Shown here: piece by piece, positions 1 to 14,880 of the stretch | Layout: the number at the start of each line of letters is the position of its first letter | Position numbering within the stretch: position 1 is the stretch's first letter | Origin: the human T2T-CHM13v2.0 reference genome, Homo sapiens | NCBI RefSeq assembly: GCF_009914755.1 | Contig: NC_060930.1 | Reading direction: 5' to 3' (one strand) | DNA: 64,000 nt | Notes under the pieces: model-generated | Told to the model about the DNA's origin: nothing | The model's database searches: none | Seen by the model: the letters and a program-made list of their open reading frames with translations, nothing else | Program-made: the position numbers and the translations under genes

Positions 1-1180
1 AGAAATTGAACCATAAAGCTTAGCTTGACAGAAAGGCATTAGCCTACCATGCTAAACCAAAGATAGGAGAGACAGTTATTTATGAAGAAACACTGTTCCC
101 TATTATCCTTCTGAGATTCTAAAAAAGGGCTAAATATTGATGCATTTCAAAGTCACCTTTTCCCCCACTTCTTGTATTAACAAGCAGGAGTATGTTTTAG
201 ATGCTCCTAATTTGTCAAGATCAGGTGAACAGAACTGTCGTACAGAGCACACTGCTCTCATTCCTACAAGGGCTCTGCAACCCTGTGGGTTATTAATAAT
301 TCATCGGTCTTTCTTAGTTCACAACAGGGGCATTACTCAGAGGGCATCATTCTTACTGAAAGAAGTTAACAGCGATGGGCAGATAAACAATGCACAAGTC
401 AAAGAAGAAGAAGCCTCTTATGAATTTGTGAACACTGAAGATCTGTTAAAGAGCTCCAACTACTATAGGAAAAAAAAAACTGCTAGGTATTCTTTACCTA
501 GGCTTCTATTGCCTGTTAGGCTAAATTCAGCCATCTTTAGAATTATATCAGTTGTATTAACACAGAAATTCCTTGAAAATCATTTAACTCTTTTGTGTGT
601 TAACACAGGTTATACTACTGGGTACGATTATGTTGTCTTTATTGAATTAGTTTCTCCAAACTAATCTTTTTGGCAGGAAAATGATGTCTACTTTTGGGTT
701 CCAACAGTATTTATTTATCAAGGAAATACATGAAGCATCCTAATGTCTTAATGATTGAAAACAAGTCTCCAGGAAAAGGAACACCATCCTTTATGGTCCT
801 CCTCAATACACGTAGACCCTCTGGGTGAAATTTAACACAGGTATTCCAAAAAATTTAAATAACAGGGGCAACAGGCTCAGAAGCCTAAAGGCATGAATCA
901 CGCAAGAGTGTAAAACAGTAGAGCGAGGCAGAGTCTGCAGCCTGTGACTGCATGCCCTGCTTAAAGAAACTTCAAAAACAAACCAAAAACCAAAACCAAA
1001 TACTGCTAGGCCAAACATGCCTATGTGGGGTGACCAATTTCAGACCCATAGCATAAATCAGAAGTCTTTATTCTGAATATATGAGGACTCAGAATAGGAT
1101 GTATTATGTCCTCTAAATAAAAGATATTCATGTGGGTTAAATAAGAGCATTGATTTATTTTCTTGAAGATATATTGTTAT

Positions 1181-1249
1181 TAGAATGTACTCCATTATTT
1201 AGAATGTACTCCATTATTTAGAATGTACTCCATTATTTAGAATGTACTC
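1181..1249. repeat. 19-bp minisatellite, about 3.6 perfect copies
   Basis: TAGAATGTACTCCATTATT at 1181, 1200 and 1219, partial at 1238. Confidence 0.95.
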
Positions 1250-1317
1250 GAATACAAATTAAGCCTCTGATTTCTGAATATCAGTAAAGAGTAACCTCGC
1301 TTTAGCTAAAAACAGTA

Positions 1318-1525
1318 ACATAAAATTTACTGAGCACTTACTAGGTGCCAAGTACTATTCTAAGCACTCTGCATGCATAAACAGACTTGAAATTCTCACA
1401 CCGATTCTATGGAGAAACCAAGCAGGCACAGAATGAGAAAGCAATCTGCCCACAAAAACACAGCTAATGAGGCTGCTGTTCAAACTCAAGCAACCTGCTT
1501 TCAGAGTCTCTGTTTCCTTGTTTAC
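1318..1525 (-). mobile_element. MIR SINE (degenerate)
   Basis: tttactgagcacttactaggtgcc...gagaaacc...ttcaaactc...cagagtc matches antisense MIR. Confidence 0.65.
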
Positions 1526-2932
1526 TGCTCGCTTCCTCTTAGTTAAGAGCACAGCTCATTTACTCCACATGAATGCATCAAGGGAAAGCGGTAGCTTTCA
1601 CTCATTAGCAAGACTGATATAAAATAAATAGAAACTCACCACCAAAATCACTACATATACTATACCTCCTACCTTAGCTACAAAGCAGAGGAGTTTCAGG
1701 GACCAAGAAACAAAAGGCTTGGAGACAATGAGTACAGTTCCTGATAACAGTAGATAATAAATATCACTAGGCTGAGAAAGAGTTAAGAGGTCAAAAAGAG
1801 GAAAAGATGATTCTATAACAACATGCCATTTTCCTCTCGTACTAGAAATGGACATCTTCAGAGTCTTTGCTTCCTTTAAGATACTAACTAGGTCAGATCA
1901 GATGTTCCTCTTTTTTTCTTTTACTAATGGAATGCCCTAAGACAGAATAAATATAGAAATTAAAGGATCTTTGAAAAACCCTTGGGTTTTTCTTTACTGA
2001 TAATTTCAAATTTTAAATGCTACAGATTCTATAATTACAGTGACCTCACTCTTGGCACTGAATGTTATGCCTTCATGCTACAGTAAATACCTTTGGTTAT
2101 GAAGGATATGCTGTCCTAAAAAATGGAATCTTTACTAGTAATGTTGCAATTTTTTATCTGAGGTGTTTCCCATTCATCTTTTTCAAAATAGAATTTCACC
2201 AGAATTAAAGTTAACATATTATTTATTCATCATATCTGATAAGCATCCGATGATGATAAGGAATTTTTTTCATAAATACATAAAAATTTCTTTCAACAAA
2301 TGCCCCTACTATATCTAAATATATAGTTGGAAATGTAAAGCAAAAGCATTTCAATTAGATAATTATAAAAGTAAACACATTTTTTCAATTTATGCACACT
2401 TAAAACATAAAATGTTTTAGAACAAAATATTTCAACTAATTTGTTTTAATTAGTTAAAAATACATTACACCATCTCATAGTAGAGACAGCTACATAACAT
2501 GCTACATAATGGATTAGTGTCAGAAAATGCCAACTTTTTGCATAATTTCAAGAATATATTCCAAAAACACCCCCACTTACCATCAAGATTTCAAAATAAT
2601 AATAGTCAATATTTATATGTACCTCCCATTCTGTGTCCCACCAATTATCTCATTGGATATCCAAAGAAAAAAAAGGTTCTACATCTCAAGAAGTTTGAAT
2701 AACCCTTAAAGGATCAAAATGTAGTTTATTTTATGAAAGGCTCTGAGAATTCTTGCTTTGAAAAAATTAACTTTCGGTGAAATATATTGTTTTCCAGTTA
2801 ATGACATACTTCTCATACTCATGCACGATTCTAATACTTTCATAAACAAATACTTAGAAAAAAGTTCCATCAAATAACCAGTGAGAAATAAATTCAACCT
2901 ACATCACTAGAGTCAACATGATTCATTGGTTA

Positions 2933-3300
<368 letters not shown>

Positions 3301-3367
3301 AAAAAAAAAATCATGGTTGTCCAGACAGTTGAACTGGGATTTCATTTCCCTGTGTATCAAGAGACTT

Positions 3368-3990
3368 GTGCAGTAAAGGGTTAACTTAGCAGTCTTGAGG
3401 TTTTCAAACCACACACATTCTAAAGAAAAGAAAAGATTGGCTCTTGACAAGCTCCTGGGATATAACCTCTAAGTGCTTGGAGTATCCTGCCTAGTAAGAG
3501 TTTGCTTTTCTACCTGGGGCCTTGGGCCACACTAGACAGTTTTATGCTAACAATGTGATTTATGGCAAACACCCGTTCTAGTTCACCCGGGGCCCTAGGT
3601 CACACTGTATCAGAAGTTTGACTACAGGAGGGGCTGCAGACTGAGTAACTAAAGTTACCCACGTAGGTGTTCCACACCTACAAGACAGACCCCCCCCCAA
3701 CAAAATCCTTGACCACCAAGGCTCAGTGACCCTCCGGGTTGACAATACTCCATGTGTGCTATCACACATCATTGCTGGGAGAATTAGGAACTGTCCACAC
3801 AAATCCACCAGGACAGGACAACCAGAAACTCATTCCTGGTCTCTCCCTGACTCTGTTCTATGTCCCTTTTACCTTTGTTGATTTGAATCTGTATCATTTT
3901 GCTATATTAAGCCATAACTGTGTGTATAATAGCTTTTTATAATAGATTTTATGATTTCTATGAGTCCTTTCAGCAAATCACTGAACCCGA
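3368..3990 (+). mobile_element. ERVL-class LTR (MER77/MER21-like)
   Basis: Starts tgtgcagtaaagggttaac; contains the MER21-group motifs tatgctaacaatgtga and caaatcactgaaccc. Confidence 0.6.
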
Positions 3991-5085
3991 GAGACAAACT
4001 AGATTCTTCCCATTGGTATCTAGGATTCAACCAGCCTTATTATCTGACTCCTTGGTCATGACCAGTCTCTGTTCAGACACCTAATATCTATCGAACCCCT
4101 TAAGTTAAATCAGCCTCCAGATTTCAGCAGAAATAAATGCACAGAAAAAATAAGCCCATATAATTTGCTGTAGAATGTAAAAAGCAACTTTTGATATTTA
4201 GGCCAATTACAGTAATAAACATTAAATAAAAGAGACTGACCAACTGCAAACTGGACTATTTTCAAACTTGTTGCCAATGACTATCCTCTAGGTAAGAGAT
4301 GAAGGTGCCTCACAAATTCAACTGTATAAGATGTATGTGCCCAGCAGGGTCGTGCCTGAAGTAGCCATCCTGCCTTTCTAACCTATCTTGTCCCATCTAT
4401 CACCTCACAACATTGGCCACTAATGCTGCATCCTCAGTAGAGATGGGATCGTGACCTACCCAAACATTCATTATAAAGGTGTAAGAATCAAAGAAGCATG
4501 TTGTCAGCTCTGCTTTTGGCAATAAAGGAAAGGTTTTTCTCAGGTTTTCCTCTTCACATGGTTTTGGGCTGACAGTGAGCAGTGAGCAAGCTGTACTTAA
4601 GAGTTGTCCCTAACAGATGTGAGGGCGGGGACAGCATTGAATACAATCACCATCTCTGATGGCCCCCTCTCTAAATGCATTAAAGGAACTCAAACTGGAA
4701 AAGGAGAATTATCCAGCCATTAAATTTCATTCTTTATGAGACACCAATAGCTACCTTTTTTTGCTTTCAAGAAACTTGGGTTATGGGCACAAAGATCCTT
4801 CAAAATATTCAAATTATCCATCTTGAATCTCAGACAATTTTTGTGCATAATAAAAGTTCAATTGAAGCCTCTTTTAAAGAGTCACTTGAAGAGGTACATA
4901 GTGACTAAAATAATCATTCAAACAGGAGATAAACAGGAATAAGTGAAGCTAATTCAACCTGCACATGCATATTTAACATGATACACATATGTTACAAAGC
5001 ATACTATAAATATCTCTGTGCCTATTGACCTTGTGCAGCTCTAGGAATAAATGCTGGAGGAATTTGGTACTTAAAATGTTGAAGA

Positions 5086-5410
<325 letters not shown>

Positions 5411-6964
5411 TCAATAGCAGCAATCAGTAGCTTAACCTCTATTGCTTCTCTCATTCTACATGGCAGAGATAGCAGTGATAACTGTGGCAATCCAGCAGAA
5501 TGCGAGGCCTTCAGAAGCAGAGCTAAATATGAGGAGTAGCACACACAGTATGTGTCTTTATGGCAGCTCTTAGGAAATCTGTCCATTTGCACAGGTGCTC
5601 CTAGAGGCAAATGAGCAGACATACCTTGAACCATAGTGACTCTCTTAAGGTTATTCAAAATTAAACTGTGTCACTCCCAAAGAGACATCACAATCCTGGA
5701 AGAATTCAGTCACCTGTGACTAACCTGACAACAATTAACATACTTGAAAATTGTATAAAACTCAAATTAAATTTTAATCTTTCATACTTAAGAAAGAATC
5801 AGTAACTGATAAAGAACTGTTTAACTCAATTTGAATGTGATTTCATGAAAGGATACATTTTTTAAAGTTATTCATCTGGATCACATATTCAACAGTTAGA
5901 GTTTTCCAAAATAATTCCAAAGCAGGTTTCATGCTGACATTTTTAAATCGTAAAAGCTTTAGCACAGTAGGCATTGTCCTTGCCTGGATGTTCTGTGTCG
6001 GATCTACATTCGTGTTTATACTGTGCTGCTGAACAAAACTTAGCACCACAATAATTATGTGAATCAAGTTCTAGTCGACTTTGTCAGTATGCTTTTCATC
6101 TCTAAAGCTTTGAAGTCAAATCCCAGTAAATGTCAATATGCTCCTATCATGTCCACACCTGTCATCTGCAGCACAAGTCAGTGTGATCTGCAGATAGAAA
6201 TGAGGAGAAATTGAACATATTTTATGGCTGTTCTGCTTGAGGCAATAAGAATAAAGTAAATCAATACTTCATGTCATTTCCTGAAAATACTGTATTCTCC
6301 AAGACATTTAGCCAGCACTTGCCCATTTAACAAGGACAAAAACATAAAAAGAAAGTTTTTAACTCAGAAAATTAGCACATCAATATTTCTGGGTCACAGA
6401 AATTCAAGATGTATCATGCATTACTTCAAAATCTCAGTTAAATACACTCTCAAGGTTGGTTGCTCACAGGAAGGGTAAGTATCATTAAGAAAATCTAAAA
6501 TTTCAGGAATGAAGGCTCATATTTAATATCCTATTATTCCTACTAAAATATTACTAAATTTATAGCCCCATTAAAAAATGTCAAGACATGACTTTCTCTG
6601 TAAAATGAGACCTGCAAAAACATTATATATCTTTACTTACATGGTATATTTTTCTAATTTTTCTATCAATTTCTATCATTTTCCATCATTCATTTTTAAA
6701 AAACTCTTTATACTTTACTGTTCAACACTATTTCTGACCTTTGGAAATGGATATTTCTTGACTATCTACCCATACTGTATGAACACTTAAGTAGAAGAAT
6801 GTACAAGTTCAGGGAGCCTCTGCAATAGTCTTTTGTAATTTAAGAAATAATTTCCAAATCTGAGCAAAAATAATTGGGCCTTGGTTGGAAAATGTAAGTT
6901 ACAAGTATATAACTTAAAGAATATTGAAATCATATTTGGGAAAATAAAAAGTATCAATAGTAAA

Positions 6965-7190
6965 ATATGGTAGAACTCTTAAGTACATAGAGTTTGGAGT
7001 CCGAGAAGCTAGAGTCCAAATATTGGCTAACCTCCTATTAACTACTGATCTTGGGGCAGTTTTCACTTCTCTGAGCCGAAGATTCACTGCTTGTACAATG
7101 GGAACGCACACAATGTACAGCTGCTCTGAAAAGTAAACGAGCTCTGACTACAGAAAGTGCCTGGAACATGGTACTCAGCAAATGGTATTT
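6965..7190 (+). mobile_element. MIR SINE
   Basis: tgatcttggggcagttttcacttctctgagcc...tgtacaatggga matches the MIR core. Confidence 0.6.
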
Positions 7191-7680
7191 TCTTGGAATC
7201 CTATAAACAAATTGGTAACAGGAAACATACTAAAAAAGAGAGAGAAAAACAGTGAATACAGGGCAAAAATGAAAATCATTAAAAAGGCAAAAAATGTCCC
7301 GGTAGCAATGATTTCTAAGTATCATAAAAGAAAACAACTAGGAAAATATAATTAGAATGCTATATCACTAAAATCCGTTTTTGAGACCAGGATGTTCAAT
7401 TCGAAATCCTAAGAATGATGTGCTTCCCCCTGCCTGAGAAAGTGCCACGCTCAAGAAAGGAGGAAGGGAAGGAATTCCAGTCCTTCTTTGCTTGTGGGTT
7501 TTCTCTTAAAACTTCTGTTTAGAGGAGGTAGGTGTGTTCCTGTCCCCTTGACTTGGCTTCAAGGACTAGAGACAGAAAGTCTACTGGAAAAGCATGTATT
7601 TGTTTGTGAGGAAATTAGATACTGGATTCGATACTGGATTCACTACATTGTTTGTTCAAATGATTTGTGTCAGGAAAAAC

Positions 7681-7966
7681 TTTTTTTTTTTTTTTTTTTT
7701 TTTGAGATAGGGTCTTACTCTGTCACCCAGGCTGGAGTGCAGTGGTGCAATCTTGGCTCACTGCACTCCCAGGCTCAAGCCATCCTCCCAAGCAGCAGGG
7801 ACTACAGGTGTGTGCCACCATGCCCAGCTAATTTTTTTAAATCTTTTGTAGAGATGGGGTCTTGCCATGTTGCATAAGCTGGTCTTGAACTCTTGGGCTC
7901 GAGGGATCCATCTACCTCGGCCTCCCAAGGTGTTGGGACTAGAGGTATGAGCTACCGCACTTAGCC
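7681..7966 (-). mobile_element. AluJ
   Basis: Poly-T, then diverged antisense Alu with ggctcaagc/cttgccatgttg; flanks aggaaaaactt / aggaagaactt. Confidence 0.85.
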
Positions 7967-9314
7967 AGGAAGAACTTTTAAAAAACAAATTGTTAACAAA
8001 TCCCTGAGGTTACATTACTCCTCCATAAATACATCAGCATGTATCTCCAAAAAAGTAAAGTTATTTTTAAGCATACTACAATATAATTAACATATCTATA
8101 AATATTAACAATGCTTCCTTAATAGCAAATTAATACTCAAATATATTCCACTGTCTCATAATTTTCTTTACAGTTTATTCAATTCAGACTCCAAATATTT
8201 GCTTCCAAATAATCTAGTTGCTGAGGGATAAGAGAGTGGGTAATTGAGGATATAGATGAAAAAGGTCACATATAAGTAAAATTGTTAAAGTTGGATGACT
8301 GGTATAACAGAGTTCATTAAGTTATTCTCCCTGCTTCTGTATAACCTTCAAGTTTTCAGTAAGAAAAATGTTTTAAGTTTTCCGTAATAAAAAATTATAC
8401 AGACATACATCAATGAAAATAAAAAGATAGCAATAAATATAACTCACAGGTTTGAGATTTTTTTAAATGACATTTTAGGTCAAAAAAATGCTGAAACTCA
8501 GACCTTCCTAGCCCTGTAGCCTCAATAAACACAAAGTAACTGAGAGTAGAAAGTTAATTTACTTTAGTAAAAAAAGCAAGTTTTAACAGCATCAAAATAT
8601 GAGTTGAATAATTAATTTTTAAAATCCTGTATTAATGTGTTTATGTCAGGTTCCACCAGATATAGGCATAAAACAAACCAGGTGCTGCCTTTTTTGGAGA
8701 TTATAGGCTAACAGACTCAGTGCCTGCCTTCTATATATGCTATGGCGTCAAAAGTTGGGAAGCATCTGTTCAAACAATAGTTTAGGATTTTATTGAAGGT
8801 CAATTAAGACTTAACTGAGAAATTTTAAAACTATTAAATACATTTATGGAAACAATTTTTGCATATCTAACCATTTTTACATTATCAATAATTTGAAAAT
8901 ACCATTTTTTAGAGCAGGAGTATTTATTAAAAGTAAATATACCTAGGTCTACTTCATTAGTAAAAAAAGTAAATATTCCTAGGTCTACTTCTTAACATAT
9001 TCAATTGGATAAGCAATGAATAAGGAGTACTGAGTTGAAGAAGTGAAGTCCTATCTAGACCTCAGGAGGTATGGAGAATACAGAAATGACAGAATATACA
9101 CCACACTAAGCTGCCTTGCCTGTTTCCCTTACAAACAGCAATTAGAGGAGACTCCTTGGGGACTTAACATATTTACTCCTACATATGTTAACTAAAAGCC
9201 TATGCTAATGTACAAAGGATGGATCTCCTCCTGCCTGAAGATCTCAGCAGATGTGACAGCAGGTTCTGGAAGAGGATCAGCATACAAAGGCATACGTGTC
9301 CACTGGCAGATCCT

Positions 9315-9720
9315 GCTGGTTGCCTAGTCTATCAATATTGCTTTTCCTTTCCTCCTTGCTAACAGAACGTTGGCATTACTGAGGGTGGCAATGTGCCTAG
9401 ATTTTAACCACTACACTTCCCAACTTCTTTCCAGCCAGGACTGACCACATGACACAGTCCTTGTTAATGAAATTTAGGTGGGAGTCACTAGGTGGATTGA
9501 AAATCCTTTATAAGGGGACAGTCAGGCTGGTTTGCTACTTTTTCCTTTTACCCTTTTCTTCCTCTTTGTCTTCCTCCCTATACCTCTATGTGCTGGCTAG
9601 AGCTCAAGCACCATCACATGAGCATGAGGACCCCAAGGATGGTGGCTTGCAAAGTCAAAAGGCTTCATTTTCCTCTTTCCCTGGCTGGAGAGACTGCAAG
9701 TTTCTCCCCAGGTGTGTGGA
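9315..9720. mobile_element. Old ERVL LTR fragment (LTR33/LTR16-like)
   Basis: gagggtggcaatgtgcc...actacacttccc...cacatgacacagtc motif series. Confidence 0.4.
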
Positions 9721-10796
9721 CCACAGGTGCTGCAGTTGGCCCCAGGCTAAAAGCTGCAGAGATAAGAACTGACTTCTACAGCTCTCCACCTTTTCTCCTC
9801 CATGCCAGTATGCACACCCAACCAGCATCTCTGCTTCTCTTCACAATCCAGTACCTTCAAGTAGTTGTTTTTGTGATATGTCCAGGTTTTTATTTTGGAG
9901 GGACATGCATTCCAGTAGAGCCTAAGTCCCTTAGTTTTTAGAAACAAAATTATTTAAATTTCACTACTGAGCCCCAAAGAACTTCTAACATCTAGACTAT
10001 TAATAAATGGCTTCTTGATCAGAGAGTGATACTCAAAAAGCCAGACCCAACAATAGAGTTCACAGAAACAACAGTCCTTCAACATTTTCTGAAGAGCTCT
10101 TCATTTCCATTAAAAGGGTTTTGTTAATCATTTAAAAAATATTGTTAAATTACTGCCATGTGTGACTCATGGATTAGGTGATAGCTGGTACTGGCTTTAT
10201 ATAGCTACAGAAACAGAAACAAGTCTATGGGTGTCTTACATGTCAATATGCTTTAGATCATTTCAGGTAAAGTAATTAAGCAGATACATATTGACTATTT
10301 GGTGCCTAACCTTATGGTGATGAGCAAAGTGTGGGGAAGCTATTGAAGAATATGAAATCACTCTTGCCTTTCTATAATCTTATTGAAAAGAAAAAAAGAC
10401 TAACAAGAAAAAATTAATCCAAATCAATATATAATCAAATGCTGAAATATGGGGAAAAGGCAAGCCAAAAACGTCTACCAAATTATGACAAAATATACAA
10501 GGCTAAGACTAGATTAACTGAATCCACTCCTCCTAGATATGCTGAAGCTCTGAATAGATAACATCTGGTAAGCTGTGAAACATGAAAAGCATATACAGTT
10601 CACTGGAAATCAAAAGAGCTTAGGCTTACTATGTGAGATATAATCAAGAATATGGGTTTTAATCTATGACCCATTGTTTGCCAGGTTCTTTTTAAATTTT
10701 TCATTCAAACATCATATATTAAACAAAAGCTAATTTTAAGAATAAAAGTGTCTCCAATATTTTAAGTCTCAATGACTGAAAGAATGGTGAAGCCCT

Positions 10797-11419
10797 TCTT
10801 GGGACTCTGAAGACAATACCCCAAAATATGGTGCTTTGGCATACTGAACCAAAGCAGGAGCCCTAGGGTCTCTGTGACCTTCCTCTCCCGGTCTCTCAAT
10901 CATCTGTCTCTCCCAAACCAGAGGATGAGGCTGTTCTCTGAAGTTCTCTTGTCTACCTAGAAACCAGACCCACCAAAGAGAAGTACGTTACCTTTGATCT
11001 CTTCAGTGAATTTCATTAACAAGAGAAGATTAAAACTCATATCCTAGAGGAAGAGACTGAAAATTAAACACCACACCTAGAACCCTGATGAACTTCATCC
11101 CAAAATGAATATTGAATGAATATTCAAGCACTTCACACAAATAATCATTGACGAGCTAACTTCTATCTTCCATGTTCATTAAAATCATTTAGTACACCCC
11201 ACAAAATTGCCTCATTTCCCTCCTCTCTCCTTTCCCTATGAAGAAGGGTATACAAGCATCTGGACCTCGTTGGGTTATTGGGTAATCATTCTCCTGCAAT
11301 TGCCCCATGCTTAGGCATGTTAAACAAATTTGTAAGTCTTCTTCTCCCATTAATCTGCTTATTGTCAGTTCATTTTCAGCAAACTTTCAGAGGGTAGAAA
11401 AGAAGCTTTGTCCCCATAC
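10797..11419 (+). mobile_element. ERV1 MER4-group solo LTR (MER34-like)
   Basis: aataccccaaaatatggtgctttggcat start; ends ...aatctgcttattgtcagttcattttcagcaaactttcagaggg... Confidence 0.65.
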
Positions 11420-12928
11420 CATTAATAAATATGAGTAGGAAGAAAATGATCTGAGAAGAAAAGAGATGAGGAGCTATGTTCCGAGCATGCTCAATTTGTG
11501 TGAACAGCAAGACAATCCCTCTTGTGCCCACTGTTTATAGTATGATACAGGTGAAGTAGCGAAGGCTTTGATAACACAAACACTTCAACATTCACATCTC
11601 AACTCCACCCACTTCTTAGTTGGCCTTCAGCAAGACTATGAGATCTAGCTCCCAAGACTGCAAAATTGGGATCACAATATCAAACTACAGGAATACATTT
11701 TGAGAATTCAGTGACATGATTCAGTTAAAACACCTAACCAATAATAGGTATTAAGTGTTAACATCTTTCTTTCTTGTTTCTGCTTGTTCTTTTTGAATGC
11801 CAAATCTGATAAGCTTATGAATCTCTACTTCAAATTGACCCATTTCCTAACTATCCTCAACATCATATGCTTATATCTATCGCACATCTTTTACTCCTAT
11901 TTTCTATTTCTCTCAACTTAAAAAAGCACTATAAAAGCACTTTTATAGTATTAAAAATACTATACATCCTTCAAGATCCAATTCAAGGCCTGTCCTTTTG
12001 GTACATAAGCAATCATTTCAATCTGCATTAGGTTTTCCTTTACCTCATGACATACTTTGCTATTAATTAATTTACATACATGTCTTGCCTCCCCAGATAA
12101 AACATAAACTTTTATAAAGCAGAATCTGTGTCTAAAATTGGTTTTGTTTGTAAAGGCTCGGCTCTGGACTCCCTCTGAGATCAACAAAAACTTGCTGAAT
12201 AAAGGAATCAGTGGTGCTGACCATTAAAATCTGAGGACTAATGTCTATTCAGATATACCAGTCAAAGTCAAATTTATGAAATGTGATTTTTGTCTACTGC
12301 CAACTGCGAAGAAAACCAAAATTCAATGTGATTATAATTGTAATGAACAACAACAAAAAAGCAGCTGTTGCTTCGGACTAAAAAGCAATGCTTAAAAGAG
12401 ATAATGTAACGAGGGACTTCTGTAAAAGACCTTAAATAACTATTGCACAAGAAGATAAGAATTAAAATTAAATTAATTAAGATAATCAATTCCACTATTA
12501 AAATGGAAATGAACTTTTATCAGAACCGTGGTAGAATCACAAGTAAGATGTTTCAATAGTTAAAAAGTAGTTTTTAAAATTTGAGATGCATTGCAAAAAA
12601 AAAAAATTGGCTCATGGGTCAGCACTGGAATTAACCCTATAACAACAGTAATTTACATGAACTATTAATCATTTTAAATGTGATTAAAAAAATACAAGTC
12701 CAGCACACCTGTTCACCAATCAAAATACCTAGGGCTTGAGACAATGTAGTAAGACAACCTGTAAAGCTAAGGGTCAACAAGCTTCCAAGATTGGAGCTTT
12801 CTTCACTCTCTTTTTTTTTTGACGTCAGTGTACAACTAGACTCAACATTCAACATGTCAATTATGTCATCATCACTAATCTTTCAGTATTAGCAAAAGTA
12901 TAACTTCAAAAACTCATTTCCAATAGGA

Positions 12929-12972
12929 ACACACACACACATTCACATACATACACACACACACACACACTC

Positions 12973-13006
<34 letters not shown>
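12929..13006. repeat. Interrupted (CA)n/(CATA) microsatellite
   Basis: Read directly from the sequence. Confidence 0.9.
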
Positions 13007-14694
13007 CCCCGACAAAATGAAACCAACAGAAGCTCATGAAAGCATATAGGGAATAGTTTCATTTATGAATAAAATGTTTCCCTGTATCTTCTATTAAACC
13101 AAGGGTTTTAAAAATCAAATTAAATCAAAATACAAAAAACAATAGTATATTGTTTTTGTAGAACTAAACATCTCCTTTAAATTGATATGTCTTTAAAATA
13201 GGAGGTGAAAACTATCGTGACAATTGTTCTACAAGATTAAATTAGGAGAAATAACTTAACCAACATTTTATACATTAACATTTATTTAAAATCTGCATAT
13301 TAATGAACTTCAAGTATTGCAAACTTGGCAGGATGTTGAAATCAATGTTTTCAGATATCTATCATGATATATTGAGTCTCTGGTTTACTTGACGTTTTTC
13401 CTTTAAAAATAATTTTAAGTAGTTAAGCAATGTAATTCCTCTTATTTTCAAAAAAATTCATATTCTACTTCCTTCATAGATGGTCACTGTAAAGAAGTTT
13501 AAACTCTAATTAACAGCTAATAATATGCAGATAGCAGATACACACAAAAGCTTCCATTAAACAAAACGGACAAAGAAAACTACCATTTCCTGATTTTCTC
13601 CCTCAGCCCTCCCTACCTACTATCTTGATTCTGCAAACAGCAGAATAAATTAAAGTTCCTTTCTTCTACATCAACTCCTTTGTCCTCTCAAGGTTGCCTA
13701 ATCATATTCATCTCCTAAAATGAAGTAAGAAACATTTCAAAAGCTGTATTCACATTAAATCAACTTTCTGATTCGTGCATTGCAGGAATAAAGCAATGTA
13801 ATCACATCTTAAATTGGTTTACAGCAGGCTGTCTACCTTATCCTACTTCTCAGGATTGATGAAATGAATAGTTTTAAAATAGCACTTTTTGAAATGACAA
13901 GAGAATTAATAGTGCATAATTACCTCAGTGTTGACAAGTGAGAGATGTTTAACTCCTTAAATGAGCTCTCCTAATGAATCAGTGTCAGAGAAAGGCTCCA
14001 CTGCATGTACATGGTTGATTGATATCTAAGGGGATTGATTTAACCATAAAGGAATACCGAAAGCCAGTTTTTAAAGTTATTTAGGCAAAAAATTAAATGA
14101 ATCAATTTTTACTTAATATTTGGAATATATTTACTTAAGACTTTACCATAAGCTTTGATAGTATTCTAGGTGTTGATTACTAGGAAAATCTTATTTTACA
14201 TTGTATGAGTCCACTAAGGAACATTTAACCTTTTAATAGAGTGGCAACAAAAAAAACTTACTTTAGTATTGGACTCCACACTACATAAAAGTGAAAATTA
14301 AGCTATTGGATTTAAAAAGTAGTACAGAGAGTACATTTCTGACATTTATATTTAAAGACTGTAATGAAGACAACTACAATACAATGACGTAAATCTCCAT
14401 TTTAACGAAAACTTTTAATACATGTAAAATATGTATAAAATATTACCATACCATGTTGAACTTTTAATATTTATATACATTCTCTTTCTAATTCTTGTCA
14501 ATTAACATGTGATACTGTTCCATTCTATTTTAAATCCTGTGGGTAAAACCAAAACAGATTGATATTTCTAAACACCTGGAATTGAGAAAACTGAACACGG
14601 TCTCAGCAGTAGAGCTGTGCAGTTGAAATGTAACACAAGCCGGCTCCAACTTACTCTTCATTTTTCCATGTCTTTCACGTATACCAGCTGCCTA

Positions 14695-14880
14695 GCTTGA
14701 GTGTGTGTCAGGCACGGGGCTAAGAACTTTCTATTTAATTCTGGAGATTCCTAAGAAGTAGATCATACTATCCCCATTTTGTAGATGAGGAAGGCTGTGC
14801 ACAGGGAGGTTCCTGTCCCACAGTCACAGAGGGTCGTGAGTAGAGCCTGATTATGCACTAAGACAACTGGAATGCATAGT
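14695..14880 (-). mobile_element. MIR SINE
   Basis: tatccccattttgtagatgaggaag...gcacagggaggtt matches the antisense MIR core. Confidence 0.7.

Noticed and set aside
137-664. Longest ORF in the window (175 aa)
   Set aside because: No recognisable domain, runs through a poly-A tract, is antisense within PRKN intron 1 and has no exon support
1181-1249. Regular repeats as a possible CRISPR array
   Set aside because: The units are contiguous with no spacers
11928-11949. 9-bp inverted repeat ACTATAAAA-gcac-TTTTATAGT
   Set aside because: Short and AT-rich; compatible with chance or a trivial local event
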